Shown in pieces: positions 63,701 to 64,000 of a stretch of 64,000 nucleotides of DNA (position 1 is the stretch's first letter; every line of letters begins with the position of its first letter). A program made the position numbers and the translations under genes. This DNA is from Alphaproteobacteria bacterium (lineage in GTDB: Bacteria; Pseudomonadota; Alphaproteobacteria; RF32; CAG-239). Under the pieces are notes generated by a model. It was not told the origin of the DNA, ran no database searches, and was given only the letters and a program-made list of their open reading frames with translations. The DNA is taken from NCBI GenBank assembly GCA_016288295.1, contig JAEEYV010000039.1, forward strand, positions 10,156 to 74,155, given 5' to 3'.

Positions 63701-64000
63701 AGGAAATACTTTGGCCTTAAATAATGTCGATATCAAAGATAACATCAATGGCATTGTCAACAATGGCAACCTTGATTTGACCGGCAACAACCTCATAGAC
63801 AGTGCCATATCAAACGCCACCGCCTCAGATGGCACATTTAACCTTATTTCCGGAACAACCACAATTGGAAACAACGCCAATGTAGAACAAGGCACAATTA
63901 AAACCGCTGCAGCTTCTTTGCTTGCTATCGATGGCACAGTAACAGTTACCGATCAACTTGATAACCTCGGAACAATCAACGTTGGAAACACCGGCACCCT
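60747..64000 (+). CDS. very large surface protein with Pmp-type (GGAI / FxxN) repeats, probably an autotransporter passenger; 3' end lies beyond the window
   Basis: Translated by hand from the ATG at 60747: signal peptide MQNFLKASTLGFLLIASQSFA. From about 61450 there are repeating units such as GGAIYN...ITGDFVQNYA, GGAISN...IASNFIANYA, GGAIHN...INGDFVGNYT. The frame was spot-checked open at 62463, 62883, 63243, 63423 and 63903. It is absent from the ORF track because it has no stop in the window. Confidence 0.85.
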   Translation, partial: MQNFLKASTLGFLLIASQSFADDTLSSLQTDLTDFANSRSAEAYTLTTSSSNGDTAIIFRTQDGNTIDSKTYYFTPSDDERAILTRLASSGNIFLKEASEGENVLFDINGVGYTIDLDAVSQLSLNTANITETTSPTDTSIIINDKYYNINPRSYDNAQNINPTSYEAGKIATKYFQWDTENNHLVLNETGETSDSNVAVTYITDPQHNRQKADLAGANLIGFNFYNLSNSSETGGAINNQSGYSIGNIASYFIENHTPKGNGGAIYNAGQINSITGDFVQNYATINTSSFGGAISNINGTIGTIASNFIANYATSNSDVHGGAIHNASSIGSINGDFVGNYTSSSNNHSYGGAISNRQNGKITDITGNFIGNYTYSSAAYISTGNKNANGGAIANYQNISTIGHLVGSFIANYALSDNNSANGGAIYNATSNATIGEIIADFIGNYAQGDVGAQGGAIYNNLGSTTMARIGAITGDFRGNYAMSASGGALGGAIYNENTGTGTTIGHIGKINSNFEGNYAYGDYANGGAIYSSKAIIDSITGNFENNYAIGYDTDYTGGGAVYNIDSNITFIDSSFLNNATNGYGGAIANMQHDNYVQTVINIIAQNQDVEFTGNTQYADISEQDGIFVVENGESNAIYNEATVNLNAKEDYSITFNDNIDGNAGQININSDTENMGGNYIFNADVSGNTINLQNDGTITVGSTGSLNLDGLTNDDNHGTLNAINDTAQDLSLGAIDLNSDLNFAMDLDISDTSNIQSDTITVDGANSTGNIVISDINLTGGINIEDLEEDFNITQQILYGADEYTTITLGSDVLDEYNGTKTRETTGSDEWSGPDINWNDDFGGYTITTTIESSISVTGSDSSNILQDSITWAVHVSEGDKVYTDKADNLALVNQFETTSERNFNFDTADDEYTVIKDSGTTAGGKLVINGVQNDNGQKSTINGTDSDGQRHNLFDITSNQTTVVEINNTQIIGADTVATVGTGNTLALNNVDIKDNINGIVNNGNLDLTGNNLIDSAISNATASDGTFNLISGTTTIGNNANVEQGTIKTAAASLLAIDGTVTVTDQLDNLGTINVGNTGT

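Overview
AT-rich window (G+C judged by eye at about one third, not computed). The gene order looks alphaproteobacterial: pal-cpoB-tilS-ftsH...glmM, atpI-B-E-b'-b, rplU-rpmA-obgE-rsfS-rlmH, uvrC-pgsA. Secreted and effector-like proteins (ankyrin-subtilase autotransporter, Pmp-type repeat protein, patatin) suggest a host-associated lineage; this is inference. About 20-60 kb is mostly core housekeeping DNA. About 3.2-19.4 kb is accessory DNA centred on a tRNA-Trp gene. The main feature is a ~9.7-kb integrative element (9737-19410) bounded by a perfect 43-bp direct repeat of the 5' half of tRNA-Trp. It carries a tyrosine integrase, an AlpA/Xis-like HTH protein, a Prim-Pol/P-loop replicase and a cargo block. 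The cargo holds a translationally coupled two-gene module (DUF488 fusion plus an unclassifiable 273-aa protein), a divergent XRE regulator / PD-(D/E)XK nuclease pair, and small membrane proteins and lipoproteins. I rank the two-gene module as the best candidate for an undescribed conflict or defence system. Other notable signals: (1) a CYTH-like gene frameshifted at an (AG)20.5 tract, a likely phase-variable locus; (2) a duplicated promoter plus 5' leader cassette in front of two adjacent orphan genes; (3) a structured repeat family after ftsH and ppdK whose outer stem differs in sequence but keeps pairing; (4) two identical palindromic sites 116 bp apart; (5) an S66 LD-carboxypeptidase homologue with Cys in place of the nucleophilic Ser; (6) unusual C-terminal tails on PgsA and PPDK. 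No rRNA genes or CRISPR arrays were seen. All family assignments come from motif recognition by eye; no database search was run.
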